Source: Bugula neritina
Taxonomy: Eukaryota; Animalia; Bryozoa
NCBI GenBank assembly: GCA_964035545.1
Contig: OZ037765.1
Coordinates: forward strand, 17,484,995-17,548,994
Direction of reading: 5' to 3'
DNA: 64,000 bases
Shown here: in pieces, positions 40,501-50,313 of the stretch
How positions within the stretch are numbered: the first letter of the stretch is position 1
Layout: each line of letters opens with the position of its first letter
The notes under the pieces: model-generated
The model's input: the letters and a program-made list of their open reading frames with translations, nothing else
Databases searched by the model: none
Told to the model about the DNA's origin: nothing
Position numbers and translations under genes: made by a program

Positions 40501-43500
40501 GGCCGACGGTCTGTTAGACCTGGAGCTAGACACTGTTCTTGGTCAGTCCACACATGATTCATCGGTTCCTCGAGTGCATTCCAAAAGCTGTGACTCTCAG
40601 GCTAGCAACAGTCGACAGTCACTAGAATTATGTTGTAAAGATCCACCGCGATCTAACAATAATTCTACTTTTGTAGACACACTCGCGCCCGTCTCTCCGG
40701 GCATGCCTTCTCTAGAGATGGCATGGGACCCAGAGCCGGCCCCAACAACTTCTACAACCAGGCAACTGCCACCCCAGTTGGAAGCAACCTCCAACTGGAT
40801 TACCCCTGCCACAGAGAGAGAGATTAGGACTCATCAAGGAGGTGAGAGTAGTCGCGAATGCAACCTCTGCCAGCAGCGATTTACAACCCACCGCAGACTA
40901 AAAGTACACTTGCCGCAACATTACATCACCACTTTCTGCCCTTGCGGAGAATATAGCTACAATCGTGATTACCTACTGCGTCACCAACGTACTATGCAGT
41001 GTTATCAAGGACATGTCTATGAAGTAGACGAATCATCCTATCCTGCATTTCTCAATGCCATTAAACCACTCATCACTGACCCAGCTCGGCTATCTCGCCT
41101 GGAGCAAGGCTTCCCTTCCCCGCGACCCATCATCTCTGGAGCCGCAGATAAACCTATACAGTCTACTAACTCTCCACCTCACAATCTTCTACGCATGCCG
41201 CATACCTTTCCTCGTGTCGTACTACAGAGGGTAGACACGAATGCGTATACACTCCCTCCTCCCCTTCCATCCTCAGAGCGGAAAAGACACAGACAGCCGA
41301 CTTCCTCTCGCTCGTCCCCCTGGGCCCGCAACCTACGTGAAGTAGAAGCTAGGGCACACGACTTGGAGCAAGAAGTGTATAGACTGGCCCCGCGGGTGCA
41401 GGCTGCATCCAGTGAACTCAAATATTTACAGGAGTCTATTAAACGCATGAAGCGTGCGGCCCGCAGTTAACTTGAGCCTATCTCCAACTCCATACTACTC
41501 TTCCCCTACCTCTCTGTGGCATTCCCTACCGTTATGGTGGCACGTACTCTACATGTAGATAGGACCTTCTCTTACTTATTACATATTGTGCACGTTTATA
41601 TGTATACCTGTATATTTTTATCAGTTGTTTTTTTTGTATATACTTTTATACTGTTCTCTCTCTCCACAACGAAGTATACGTTTTTTTATGTGAATTATAT
41701 TTTTATCAGAAAGAGGGCTTTCTGCTGGAGGGGGCAGTGTGGTGGCTCGTGGAGCTACCAGCAACACAATACGCAAGGTTGCGTATTGACCCGGAACAAT
41801 GTATTAGCCAATTAGCTAGGCTGTTTATAAGTAATAGTAGCAGCTTCGCGCTACTAGCTCAGTTGAGGATAATGCTGTAAATTAAATAGACGTGCGTATC
41901 ATTTACTGTTGTATACTAGTTTTATTATGTATTCTTGTATTAAAATATAACGATATCTACTCGACTTATCACGGTGAAGTTTCTCTAGTAATAAATAGAC
42001 TCTCTTGGTTGCACATCGACCCTAAATCTGGAAAACATAACACTAGTTCTAGTTATAGTTATACTAATAATTTTTATGTTGCCTTGTGATAGTTTTAAAT
42101 TAATTTGGTTTCATTTAATTTGGAATACATTGTTGTTTATAGGTTTTGTCATAAAAATTGAAATCCTATATAGTGTTGTAGTTTTGTGCACTACCAGAGT
42201 GGGGTATTATTGTATACACGAATTACTGCTGCATGGTTTACAACGAGGTTGCTAGAGAAACCGAAGTAGTTAGTGTTTATGAAAGATCTATATTTTAAGT
42301 CTAATTAGATACAAATAAAGTTATCAACAATTACAAAAGAATACACTTGTAAAACAGCTACACAATTTTATCCTAGTCTACATAACAGTTATCTTCTGAC
42401 TGAGGCTGGGCACCGGAAGGCACTGTTTATATCTGAAAGGTTGGCTCTGATTGGTCTGTGGGGGTTCCGGCGGTGCCGCCATAGGTAGTGATGCGGTACC
42501 GCATAGGATTGCGGCATCGCTAACGGAGTTATCGTCTCTTGGAACTTTTATAATATAATATTATATCACAACTTCTGTTGTAGGTATTTATACATGGAAG
42601 GTTGGGGGTATACTTCCCACAGCCACCACACCAGTTCAAACACTATTATAATTATATAATATGTTAAGAATTTCCAATACAAATACTAACTTTTCTGACA
42701 GCTCATTTGATTTGCTTGCTGTTGTCATGTTTTCCTATTGTTTTAGAAGAAGATGCCAGTTTATTAGTAATAGTTCTTGATACGAATTGTGTATGGTGGG
42801 GAGAGCGTACTGAAGGTGTCCACCACGGTAGTCCACATCATCAGAAAAATGGCAATTTAAACAACGCTAATCATGCGTCTGACGGCAGTCAGGTATTTCT
42901 ATCAAATTTTTCTATTTAAAATGTTTAACCAATAGTCTATAGGCATGAGAGATCATTTTTTGATAATATCATTTACATTTGCTTATTCTCAAATATTTTA
43001 GATTCTACTGACGGAGCTGGTTGATGGAGTCATTACATTTGGCAATGCTCATCTGCTAACCAATCATAAGAATACTCTAGCGATCATAGCGTGCCAAGCA
43101 AATAGAAGTCAATATATATACCCTCCTAGGCAATTCGTAGCCACTCACAATGCTACAACTGGCGCTACAGCGGATACCTTACAGCTACTTAAAAACTCTG
43201 TGAAAGGAGAATTGTCTCATTTACTTTCAGAAGGTACAAGTTATAGGCTGTTTTTTTAATCATTTCTTTGTGTTTTTATTATAACATGCTGTCTCCAAAA
43301 TTTGGGCTTGTTTTAATGCAGTTTGTTTGTTAACCTGTTCTCCATTAAAGATATGTGCGGTTTGTATTAATTTTAGTTTGAGGTTCTGAATGAATACTTA
43401 GATAAGCATGACTTCCTGCATGCAATCAAATTATAAGCTAGTAGCATTATAGAGACATTTACCTTAGAGAGTAACCTCACTATGCTTGTTACTATTTACT

Positions 43501-46306
43501 TTATTAGTTTGTTGAGTTTTATCACTGTTTCGTTGTAGTTGATGACCGTGAACTGTTTGCTGAATCCATTACTGCCGGTGCTCTTTGCATGGCCCTGTGT
43601 TGTATCCTTTATCATGTAGTCGCATCTTAACCAGTTCGTGACACTGTGTTACTAAATGTTCACTACTAAAACCTGCATTTACATTAATCTTTGTGCAGCT
43701 GTGTTAGAATTAATTCTATTTTCCATTAATTACATTACTCAAGTTAATTTTGTGTGTTTTGCATTACTTTAGAACAATTACAGTCAAACACTGGTGTTAT
43801 TGTTTCTAAATTTCTCACAAGGAGAGATTTTATACCACAGAATATTTTCTTAACTGATCTACTCTTAGATATTCATAAGAAAGAGCAACATCTCATGACT
43901 GGCGAAAAACTGAATTCTAAAATTTTGGTACACAATTTTGTTTAATAACTCACACAGTATATACATGCTTCAACTTATTTTGTATTTATTAAACTCACGA
44001 CATTATGTTAAATCAGTGTCCTGTTGCTTCGCTGCAGGTTATCAAAGGAACTGATGATCATTCGGAGCAATATATGAATTTCATGAATGCAGTCTTCACT
44101 GCTCAAAAAAAGGTTTGTTGTAACTTGACTAATCAGACAGTGGGGTACATTTCTAACTATACTATGCTATTCTCTAACTTGATTCAGTGTGGTGTATAGT
44201 TTTTGGCTTTGCCAAACTAACTATCTCATTCTTTATTAATAGTTAGACCTTATTTTTATTATTAATCAGCATCTGTTGAAAGGTGACTCTGTAATGTCTC
44301 TTTAGAATGTGATTATTGACGCCTGTGTTTTTAACCACGATTCTGGACTGCTTCAGCAAGCGTGTGACATAACAAATGGCATTTACCTTAAGATTCCTCA
44401 CACCAAAGGACTTTTGCAGTACCTGTTGGTAAGTAAATTTAGGTTAAATTGAAATTCTCAATGTGAATTAACAATATAATAATTTAGTGCATTTTATGCT
44501 ATAATATAGATCAACTAATACCATATTATTATTTATACTATGAAATTGGAATTGAATAAAAAAGTATGTGCAATGAAGACAAAAAGGGTCAGATGAAATT
44601 TTAGTTGGGAGATAACTAATAGCTGTATTTTTGGTAGAATTATAGCAGATTGGTATTAAACAGAAAAGTAACACTTCTCCTAACTTGACTTCCAGTTGAC
44701 AAATTATGAAATTTTTCTTTTCTAATTTTGTGTGGTCTTTAGAAGAGAGCCAGAGGGTTTGTCTATTGCCATTAATTTAGATTAAAATCTATGAATTTTA
44801 CTCCGTTTTTATCTGGTTTATAAATTATTGATCAAATTTATTTAATCTAACATTTTTGTTTGGTATCTGAAATTAGTGATTAAGTGTGTTCATTGGAGTT
44901 CCTTCCATTTGCGTTTTATTTGTTCCTGTAAACTACCTTCATTTGAATTAGATATTCTTCTTAGTAAAACATTTTATTCTAGATTAGTATAATATTTAAT
45001 ATAAATTACACTACAGCCAACATTTTTCATAGTTACATAACATTGTCAGGGTTTCTAAAGCTCTTTATATATTTTGCAGTTGTCTTCCCTTTTCATGTCA
45101 ATAGCTCTACTTGACACAAGCTACAAATTGCTCTAACATTAGCAACATTTTTCCACTTATATAGCAGTTATTGTATTAAACATAATACATCTATACCTTT
45201 GCTTTGTTACAAGTGGACATACTTGCCTGACCAAGCAACAAGAGCTAAAATGAGCTTACCACCCAGAACTCATGTTGACTACAGAGCTGCCTGTTTCTGT
45301 CATCGGCAGCTTATAGATAGAGGATTTGTCTGCTCTGTTTGCTTGTCAAGTAAGAGCAATCTCTTCATATGATTTCTATAGTTTTGCAGCACTTTGTGTC
45401 GAAACTAACAATTTTTTATTGAAAAAAATATTTATCAAGTTTATTCAACAATTTGGCCATAATTTTTTATAATTAAAAACTGTTTATAATTTTTCAAATT
45501 GTGTTGAAAATTGAGAAAGCCATATTAATGGTTACAGAAAGGTAGTAAAGCAGATTTGGAGTTTTAATGCTTTCAATAAACTACAACTGCTAGTTAAAAT
45601 TTTGCTCTTAGTATTTGTAGCCCACACACTGCAAGTACTCGTTGCATGTAGCTTTATGTAGTCATTAAACACGTTTTAACATTTCAGGCTGTGCTAACTA
45701 TCAGTGAAAGAATTTTGACTACTAAATAATGATTGTTTCTAAAGTATACTAGAGATACTGTTTTAGTTCAAAGTTAGCTCAGTTTCTAAGTATTTTAATG
45801 TACATGTGTTTTATTACTATATTTTACTAACTTGACAATATTTTCTGTACCAGCAATTGGGTTGCATATACTAAAAGGACTATGACATGAATAATTACTT
45901 CACATAATTGATAGTTTAACGGCAACTGATGCTTGCTTTTTCAACATCCTTTTATTTCCTACCATTGTCTGCTAGTTTATAGACATGACAATAATAATAG
46001 TAATAGTAATTATATGTTTCACTAAAAGCATTGTAAGTTCATCAACAATTCTGTTCTCATTCTACTTAACTTTCCTATTTTGTAGTTTTTTGTGATTTTC
46101 AAGCAATCTGCTCCACATGCAGGTACGTAATAAATAATAAAAACTTGTTTAGATATAACAAACAAAGTTTATTTATAATATAATACAATAATGCACCAAT
46201 TTCACACCAACAATTGCTTGAGCTGTTGATAATGTTTGCTTTCAACAGGACACCATACAAGATTCTTGGAGGTCCAGTTCTTAGAAAGAAGAAGAAAACT
46301 TCTTAA
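34520..46306 (+). CDS. GTF2H3: General transcription factor IIH subunit 3 (p34/Tfb4), spliced; intron 1 contains the LTR retrotransposon
   Basis: Exons at 34520-34529 (ATGAGTTCTG|gtaagt), 42747-42892, 43002-43233, 43539-43601, 43869-43927, 44038-44112, 44306-44428, 45214-45349, 46086-46122 and 46249-46306. They give [72 protein letters not shown] and CSTC. Confidence 0.95.
34596..34900 (+). repeat. 5' LTR (305 bp)
   Basis: Runs tgtggtggc...aacataaca. Contains CCAAT (34666), TATAAG (34684), an Inr-like TCAGTT (34717) and AATAAA (34848). Confidence 0.97.
34902..34919 (+). promoter_or_regulatory. Primer binding site complementary to tRNA-Leu (AAG/TAG type)
   Basis: TGGTGGCAGCGGTGGGAT is the reverse complement of ATCCCACCGCTGCCA+CCA, the 3' end of animal tRNA-Leu(AAG/TAG). 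Confidence 0.88.
34934..35800 (+). CDS. gag: Gag (288 aa)
   Basis: First ORF after the primer binding site, with a capsid-like [18 protein letters not shown]...W...LRARFG pattern. Confidence 0.88.
   Translation: METENARMQPPPVEGERRNAVNPVNREGEEAYRYCLKAPTFTGSEDVEQFIQEFRDVMEVAQWPHRVALIQLRRAVTEQAKPYGVGTDVNGILAALRARFGISTIDARTKLERLCRTPRTPLQEHAATVKKLAQIAYSDLPTQHQERYTYDAFVQSLNDLGLQHQLRAKGITRIEDALKAGEAYLLATQMHRAQRNPPVVGVNAARATTGPEALPLEAEVDRMVEMLGQLVTILASAGPGQALRVPPTPVGQGWSGAGQDQGQKGRLQYQGALNCHGPRTLSLPAGRN
35749..35806 (+). other. Predicted -1 programmed ribosomal frameshift signal
   Basis: In-phase G_TTA_AAC heptamer (35749-35755), a 5-nt spacer and a perfect 10-bp GC stem (35761-35770 / 35784-35793). 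The -1 frame stays open to 36105. Confidence 0.8.
36105..40379 (+). CDS. pol: Pol polyprotein: aspartic protease, RT, RNase H, integrase with GPY/F motif and a long C-terminal tail
   Basis: LLDSGCT (protease); [16 protein letters not shown] and YLDD (RT); LDTDAS and ELLAV (RNase H); HKQAH...CEIC, AVDLVGP, HSDQG and VERNN (integrase); FVGPY. No stops over 1424 codons. The true N-terminus is presumably the gag fusion. Confidence 0.97.
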   Translation: MKVQPHGESYFLPGKVAGNAVTFLLDSGCTTNLLSRRVFEALPRRDRDRVRPYTGEHGTLADGSCIPFYGIIELPGRVRDQAVQETFVIGQLEEDAILGMPFLKQHQCRIDFSKSVVLMGGRELACVDKFGRPLVGGVQVVRNCTVPGRSRATIHCRVNSNRIARLGIVEGAHERIQLASSLNRLTERGEVLVQCVNPFTEPIELPAGSMLGRFHSVQEEDVGPSLGDATEAPPRHPIQGRGAVPTHLRELYETASGGCASNKERQAMAKLLRDYGDVFSSGDHDVGLTGVVRHEIPLTAGTVPVRQPTRRLGPEKEKEVSRQVRDLLDRGLIEPAQSAWSSPVVLVRKKDGSWRFCVDYRKLNSVTIQDAYPLPRIDESLDALAGSKYFSTLDLLSGYWQVPLSPDAQEKAAFITRDGLWKWKVLPFGLTSAPATFQRLMEQVLSGLHWKTLLVYLDDVIVISPDFETHVSRLQEVFDRLRGAGLKLKPSKCALLQPEVKYLGHVVGRNGVATDPEKVRAVEDWVTPQDLTGLRAFLGLVGYYRQYIPDFAGIAQPLNRLTAKGVTWQWTPVEQEAFDRLKGCLLTAPILAYPDPTLEYILDTDASDQNVGAVLSQVQEGREVVVAYYSKSLSPTERNYCTTRKELLAVIKSVKHFRPYLYGRKFRLRMDHASLIWLCKRAEPSSQVARWLEILAEFSYRIEHRPGKRHSNADGLSRRPDGGCKQCLNIERRDGGPPRCELETLAHHGAPFDWDQGQLRQRVDESPEDVQNLRANPVLAGNVRELKKLQEELPGVVADIYRAKREGRRPSEERIRQGCAEFRLYCQRWDSLRIGQDGLLTISLAASGRHPERKRVVCPTAIRRELIWDTHKQAHAGVKRVISKLRLRWYWPQMERDVRLRVKQCEICQASKHSRPPGEAGRRRLYAGRPWQVVAVDLVGPMPLTPRGNNWILVLTDHFTRWADALAIPDASAPTVARALDQHVFCYFGLPEQIHSDQGAQFQSQLMSDLCHLWGVNQSRTTPYHPQGNGVVERNNRMLGDALRSLLLGRGQEEWDTVLPQVMRAYRSTPHTSTGETPNLLMLGRETRVPDHLTYHVPEQDNSVHEYASELVERMRAAHEILRERQWKVRHEDSDEPPLYQTGDKVWMVNYRRRRGQADKLKPKFVGPYVVVEAMPNHTYKIERSGQVSIQNESRLKPYWASPDGVGEAPPLLEPRRQTTTRGRRRHGPEYEVVIPREENLVREERQLLSTEACPPPPSLIPSLPETEPVPEVQTPTEGGAPSGEQEEVTANGEVETPLEAPTNEPASVSPPLERGQRTRKPPPYLKDFVCDCIRSGAHESLGENRMIKCWSCEPHANINFCEGRIVGGINARKANSSDLVPQKRCSAFSYADIAKGRRISQPAPILPRTLSMDINTEFPGKPV
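40397..41470 (+). CDS. Retrotransposon ORF3: zinc-finger / PxVxL / coiled-coil protein (357 aa), not env
   Basis: ATG lies 17 nt after the pol stop. C-x2-C-x3-F-x5-L-x2-H-x3-H finger at 40859-40921; a second C-x-C-x12-H-x5-C finger at 40937-41002; PRVVL at 41210; heptad repeat at 41333-41467. No signal peptide or transmembrane stretch. Confidence 0.85.
   Translation: METGSMPVNSELIQQIESELLGTTFHVNDDEDTVMADGLLDLELDTVLGQSTHDSSVPRVHSKSCDSQASNSRQSLELCCKDPPRSNNNSTFVDTLAPVSPGMPSLEMAWDPEPAPTTSTTRQLPPQLEATSNWITPATEREIRTHQGGESSRECNLCQQRFTTHRRLKVHLPQHYITTFCPCGEYSYNRDYLLRHQRTMQCYQGHVYEVDESSYPAFLNAIKPLITDPARLSRLEQGFPSPRPIISGAADKPIQSTNSPPHNLLRMPHTFPRVVLQRVDTNAYTLPPPLPSSERKRHRQPTSSRSSPWARNLREVEARAHDLEQEVYRLAPRVQAASSELKYLQESIKRMKRAARS
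41727..41737 (+). promoter_or_regulatory. Polypurine tract
   Basis: GGAGGGGGCAG immediately 5' of the 3' LTR. Confidence 0.85.
41738..42042 (+). repeat. 3' LTR (305 bp)
   Basis: Identical to the 5' LTR by eye except C vs T at LTR position 11. Confidence 0.97.
43602..43868 (+). other. U12-type (minor spliceosome) GT-AG intron of GTF2H3
   Basis: 5' splice site GTATCCTTT; branch sequence TTTTCTTAAC at 43845-43854 close to the AG. Splicing restores ALC-Y-IHK. Confidence 0.9.
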
Positions 46307-46852
46307 AGTAGCTCAAATGGTTCTAACTGAAAATTTTCATTATGCTGTACTGCTTGTATGTATATAAACATTTTGTAATTCTCTGCAAGGTAGCTTTTAC
46401 ATTATTGGAGTGCCATGCTACTATAAGATGAAGAACTAACATGTCCTCAAAGGAGTTGAACCTCATTAATCTAATCCTGTGGTTTGAGCCACTGCCATAC
46501 TAGACTAACTAGAGTAATGTAAGGGTAAAGCATAAAAAAACATGCTATTTTTCATCAAGATAACTTTTGAGTTTTTAAAGTAGTTTCTGTTTGATCTTGT
46601 ACATCTGTGTTTCTATTATCATGTAATAAGCATAATATACTGTTAAAAGACTTATATCAAGTCATAAACTGTTAGCAAAAGTTTTTTTGTAATTTCATAC
46701 AATTCTGTCATAGATATAAAAGTTATTATAATAAAAGCATACTGTTACTCTTATGCAATTATTTTGTTACTTTAAATTTTTCATTTTAACTAGCCCCGTT
46801 TTTAAGTAGAAAAGTGTTTTTTAGAAGCATAACACATTACATGCAAATATCA

Positions 46853-49800
46853 TCAGGTAAATAGACGGAAGCCTTTGTTGAAAATTTTAAAGGTGCTGGT
46901 GGACTTTTTCAGAGGCCTAGGGGCAGTGAGTGATTGTTTTGCAGAACTTTTAGCACGTCTGGTTAATGACTTGGGAAGACTGCTTGTGTGAGATATTGAT
47001 TCCGGGATACTGGCAACAGTTGAGTGAAGAGAGGACAATTCTCTCTCCTGTTGAATTTCCCTGACAATGCTGTGAAATACTGAATCAACAGCATTCATGT
47101 TTCCTCTAGCACTGCTCTCCTGGAACAAACTATGAAACTTGTCTGCTAGAGACTGTCCCTCATAAAGGTCCACTTGTCTACAATAACACAAATAGAACAC
47201 AGGCTAAAATAATGAGATTTGAGTCAAACATAAAAATATTGAAGGCAGCTGACATTAAAAAAGTCGCAGGATTTTTATTGCATTCCTATATTTAGTAGTG
47301 GTTTAGAGCATTTTTTATACATTATAAAAGTTTCAATATGTGCTTAAAGGCTAAAAACAGTATTACATAATTTGGGAGAAGTTCTTATTGTCTGCTAAAA
47401 TTCACTAGTTTCTAATACTGATGAGTTGAGTATAAAATGTTTTATTCCTCACTTAGTTTATATAAATTCACCGTCAGTTGGCCATAACTTTGTAATTTTA
47501 TGGCCAAGTATGTTTAGCTATCAGAATAATATTTCTTATACATTGGCCTTATAACTACAAGCTTGGTTGATGAAATAACAGAGCTAATTAAAACATTTTT
47601 CAGACATTTTGCAAACATCCTCGAACCTCAATCTGTCAAGGTCTTTCTTGTTTCCAACCAGTATGGTAGGCTGCATCTCAACTCCTTTTTGTTGGCATTG
47701 TATCCGTATGTGCTTCAAATATGCCTGTGCTTCTAAAAAGCTAGACTTGCTCGCCACACTATAGACAACTATAAACCCATCAGCCCACTTTATGTACTTA
47801 TCCAACTCTATACAACTCTGTAACACAAATTTATTATGGTAGACAGCTGTGTTGCTATTGCTCATGGAAACACCATGGAGGGGTAAAAGACAACTTCACT
47901 TTTGCAAAAAATAAATGTGCCTTCAACCAATGATTAAGGCTAATCCTTCAACTTTGTTGAAGGCTAAAACTTCAACCTTATTGAAGGCTAAAACACCTTC
48001 AACAATAATTTATACTAAAATTAATTTTAAATAACAACAATTCTAACTTGTAAGAGTTTTGGGGAAGTAAACAAATATGGGGCGCTGTTTGGACGTTGGT
48101 GTGCCCAACTTTTATTAGAGCAAAATGTAGGCTCATGTGGGGTAGAAATAACAACATTCAGCCATGATACTCAATTTAAAATATGAAACATTAAGAGCTA
48201 TCAGGTTTTCGTGCAAATTTGGGGAGAACCCTGGACAATACCTAGTCAAATGTCAATATATAACATAATATACTACAATATGATATAAACAATAAACTCA
48301 ACCTACACTAACTTTGCACGTGTTAATTACCTGAGGAAATTGAGGAAATTGAAACATAATGAAATTATTAGAGTGCTATGTCAGTTTACACCCTCAGACC
48401 CAACACCTGTGTATTAGTAAAAGCTTGCCTGGAGTTATGTGCACTCACAAAAATACTTTGGGCACAAGCAGAACTATACATACAAATATTGTGCATTTAT
48501 GATATAACATCTGACAAGCTAGAACTTTTATTTCTAAGTGAGAATATACTGCAACTCTGTATTTCTGCATATAAATGAAAAAGATTGCAAACTTTTTGGT
48601 ATTGATTTTGCTATAATTTAAAACAAGGCGCCCTTTTTGTCAACTGTTGCCTTAAATTTGGCAAAATGTATTTTCAAAATTTTCCATATCAAACTTTGGG
48701 GTAAGAAAAACGCATTTCAATTATTTCAGACAATTAAGAATTAATAAATACAATGTTTATAGGCTAAACAGCACCTAATTTATTTTGAAAATATGAATAC
48801 CCACCTAAATTAACTGATATAAAATGCCCTAATTGAATTCTTCTGACATGACCCAACTTTTAAAATACCGTATCATGCAAACGTACATTTTGAATTTGTC
48901 AATTAGAAATATTTCCAAACATTTTATATATAAAAAACAGAAATCCTATTAACAACTTTTTGGTAAATTGGAACATAAAAGTTCAAATAAATATAATATT
49001 TAGATTAAAAACCATTTTAAATCTGGCCTAAGGAGTTTATCTTAGAAACTGCTTGACTTCCATAGCCACAACAATATAACAAAAAGTTGTCTATTTTTAA
49101 AAAATTCTTATTTTTTTAGCTTATATAGAAACAATTGTCAATAATTAAATGATACCGTGCTTGAAGTAGTAGCAATTTGATGCAAATGTACAATAATTAA
49201 TCCTATATTGAGAATGTTTGAGTAACAATAAAGTGTTTTAGTAGTTTTAATGCTGACAAATTTTCAATTTATTTTCTAAATTTTGTTTTATATATTGTGT
49301 AATTCTGACATGCAATGATCCTAAACGTAGTCCGGATTTATGTTTGCATGTAGCATATGTGGTGCATCACGTCAAATTAACTGAGGAAACAGCAACAACT
49401 AGGTTTGAGACAATAACTTTCTATCAAAAGAACTATACACATCTATAGAATAATTCAATTTAATTTCTTATCCTACATGCACAAGAAATTGGGAAATACT
49501 TGTTATATTGCATACAATTTCATAGCTCTCTGTGTCTAAGATACCTACCCCTGAGTGCGTGTATGTATCCCATACTCGGATAGTCACTGGCTCATGTTCA
49601 ACTATATCAACTTTGTTGTATTTCCCATCTATAAGTAAAATATCCAACATTACACCACTCAAGTTAATAATAGACTAAATATATATACTGTATACATGTA
49701 TATATACATGTATATATACAGGTATATATACATGTATATATACATGTATATATACATACATACATAATTATATATATATATATATATATATATCCCACTA

Positions 49801-50313
49801 CCCAAATAGGACAAAGCGGAGATAGGTGAGAAAAAAAATATATTTATATACATATTGTTCAGCTAGGTATTATGAAAATTTTAGATTATATTAGTTTTAT
49901 ATAATAATGTATTACATCAAAGAAAGCATAGATACATGAGAAGTAAACTTACCTATGTATGGGTCGTAATCTGTGATGAACTTTTGTGTTAAATATTTCA
50001 CTGTTAGCGCTAGAGAAATTACATACAAAAGTAATTATTGAATGCAATCATTCTTAAAGCAATTTGTATTTTTTCTGATGATACATTGCACTGTTTTCAA
50101 AGGTTGTAGAAGAAGCTAATACAAATTATTGTCAAAACTTACACAAATTTTGCTATCATAAGCATGCATTTTCACCAACTTCTAAAAAGCTACATAAGTC
50201 ATAAAAAATCAAGGCATAAACTTAAGATTTAGATTTATCAAACAGTTTTAGAAACTACCTGATTTTCCAACTCCTAACCTTCCGAGCATCACCAATCTAT
50301 ATTTTTCTGGCAT
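46853..50313 (-). CDS. Ras-family small GTPase, RERG/RERGL/RASL11-12 group, spliced
   Basis: Exons encode MPEKYRLVMLGRLGVGKS|ALTVKYLTQKFITDYDP, IRVWDTYT, YIKWADGFIVVYSV, LVGNKKDL and FQESSA. The tail is basic and has no CaaX. Confidence 0.88.
47920..48004. repeat. About 25-bp degenerate tandem repeat with ccttcaac/gttgaagg inverted cores
   Basis: Seen directly. Confidence 0.6.
49681..49793. repeat. (TATATACATG)n / (TA)n repeat
   Basis: Seen directly. Confidence 0.85.

Larger units (their letters stand above)
34596..42042 (+). mobile_element. Full-length Ty3/Gypsy LTR retrotransposon (gag, pol PR-RT-RH-IN, extra ORF3)
   Basis: TG...CA LTRs, 4-bp TSD CTAG (34592-34595 and 42043-42046), primer binding site, polypurine tract and Gypsy domain order. 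Confidence 0.98.

Noticed and set aside
40397-41470. ORF3 as an env gene
   Set aside because: No signal peptide, fusion peptide or transmembrane segment; it has zinc fingers and a soluble coiled coil instead.
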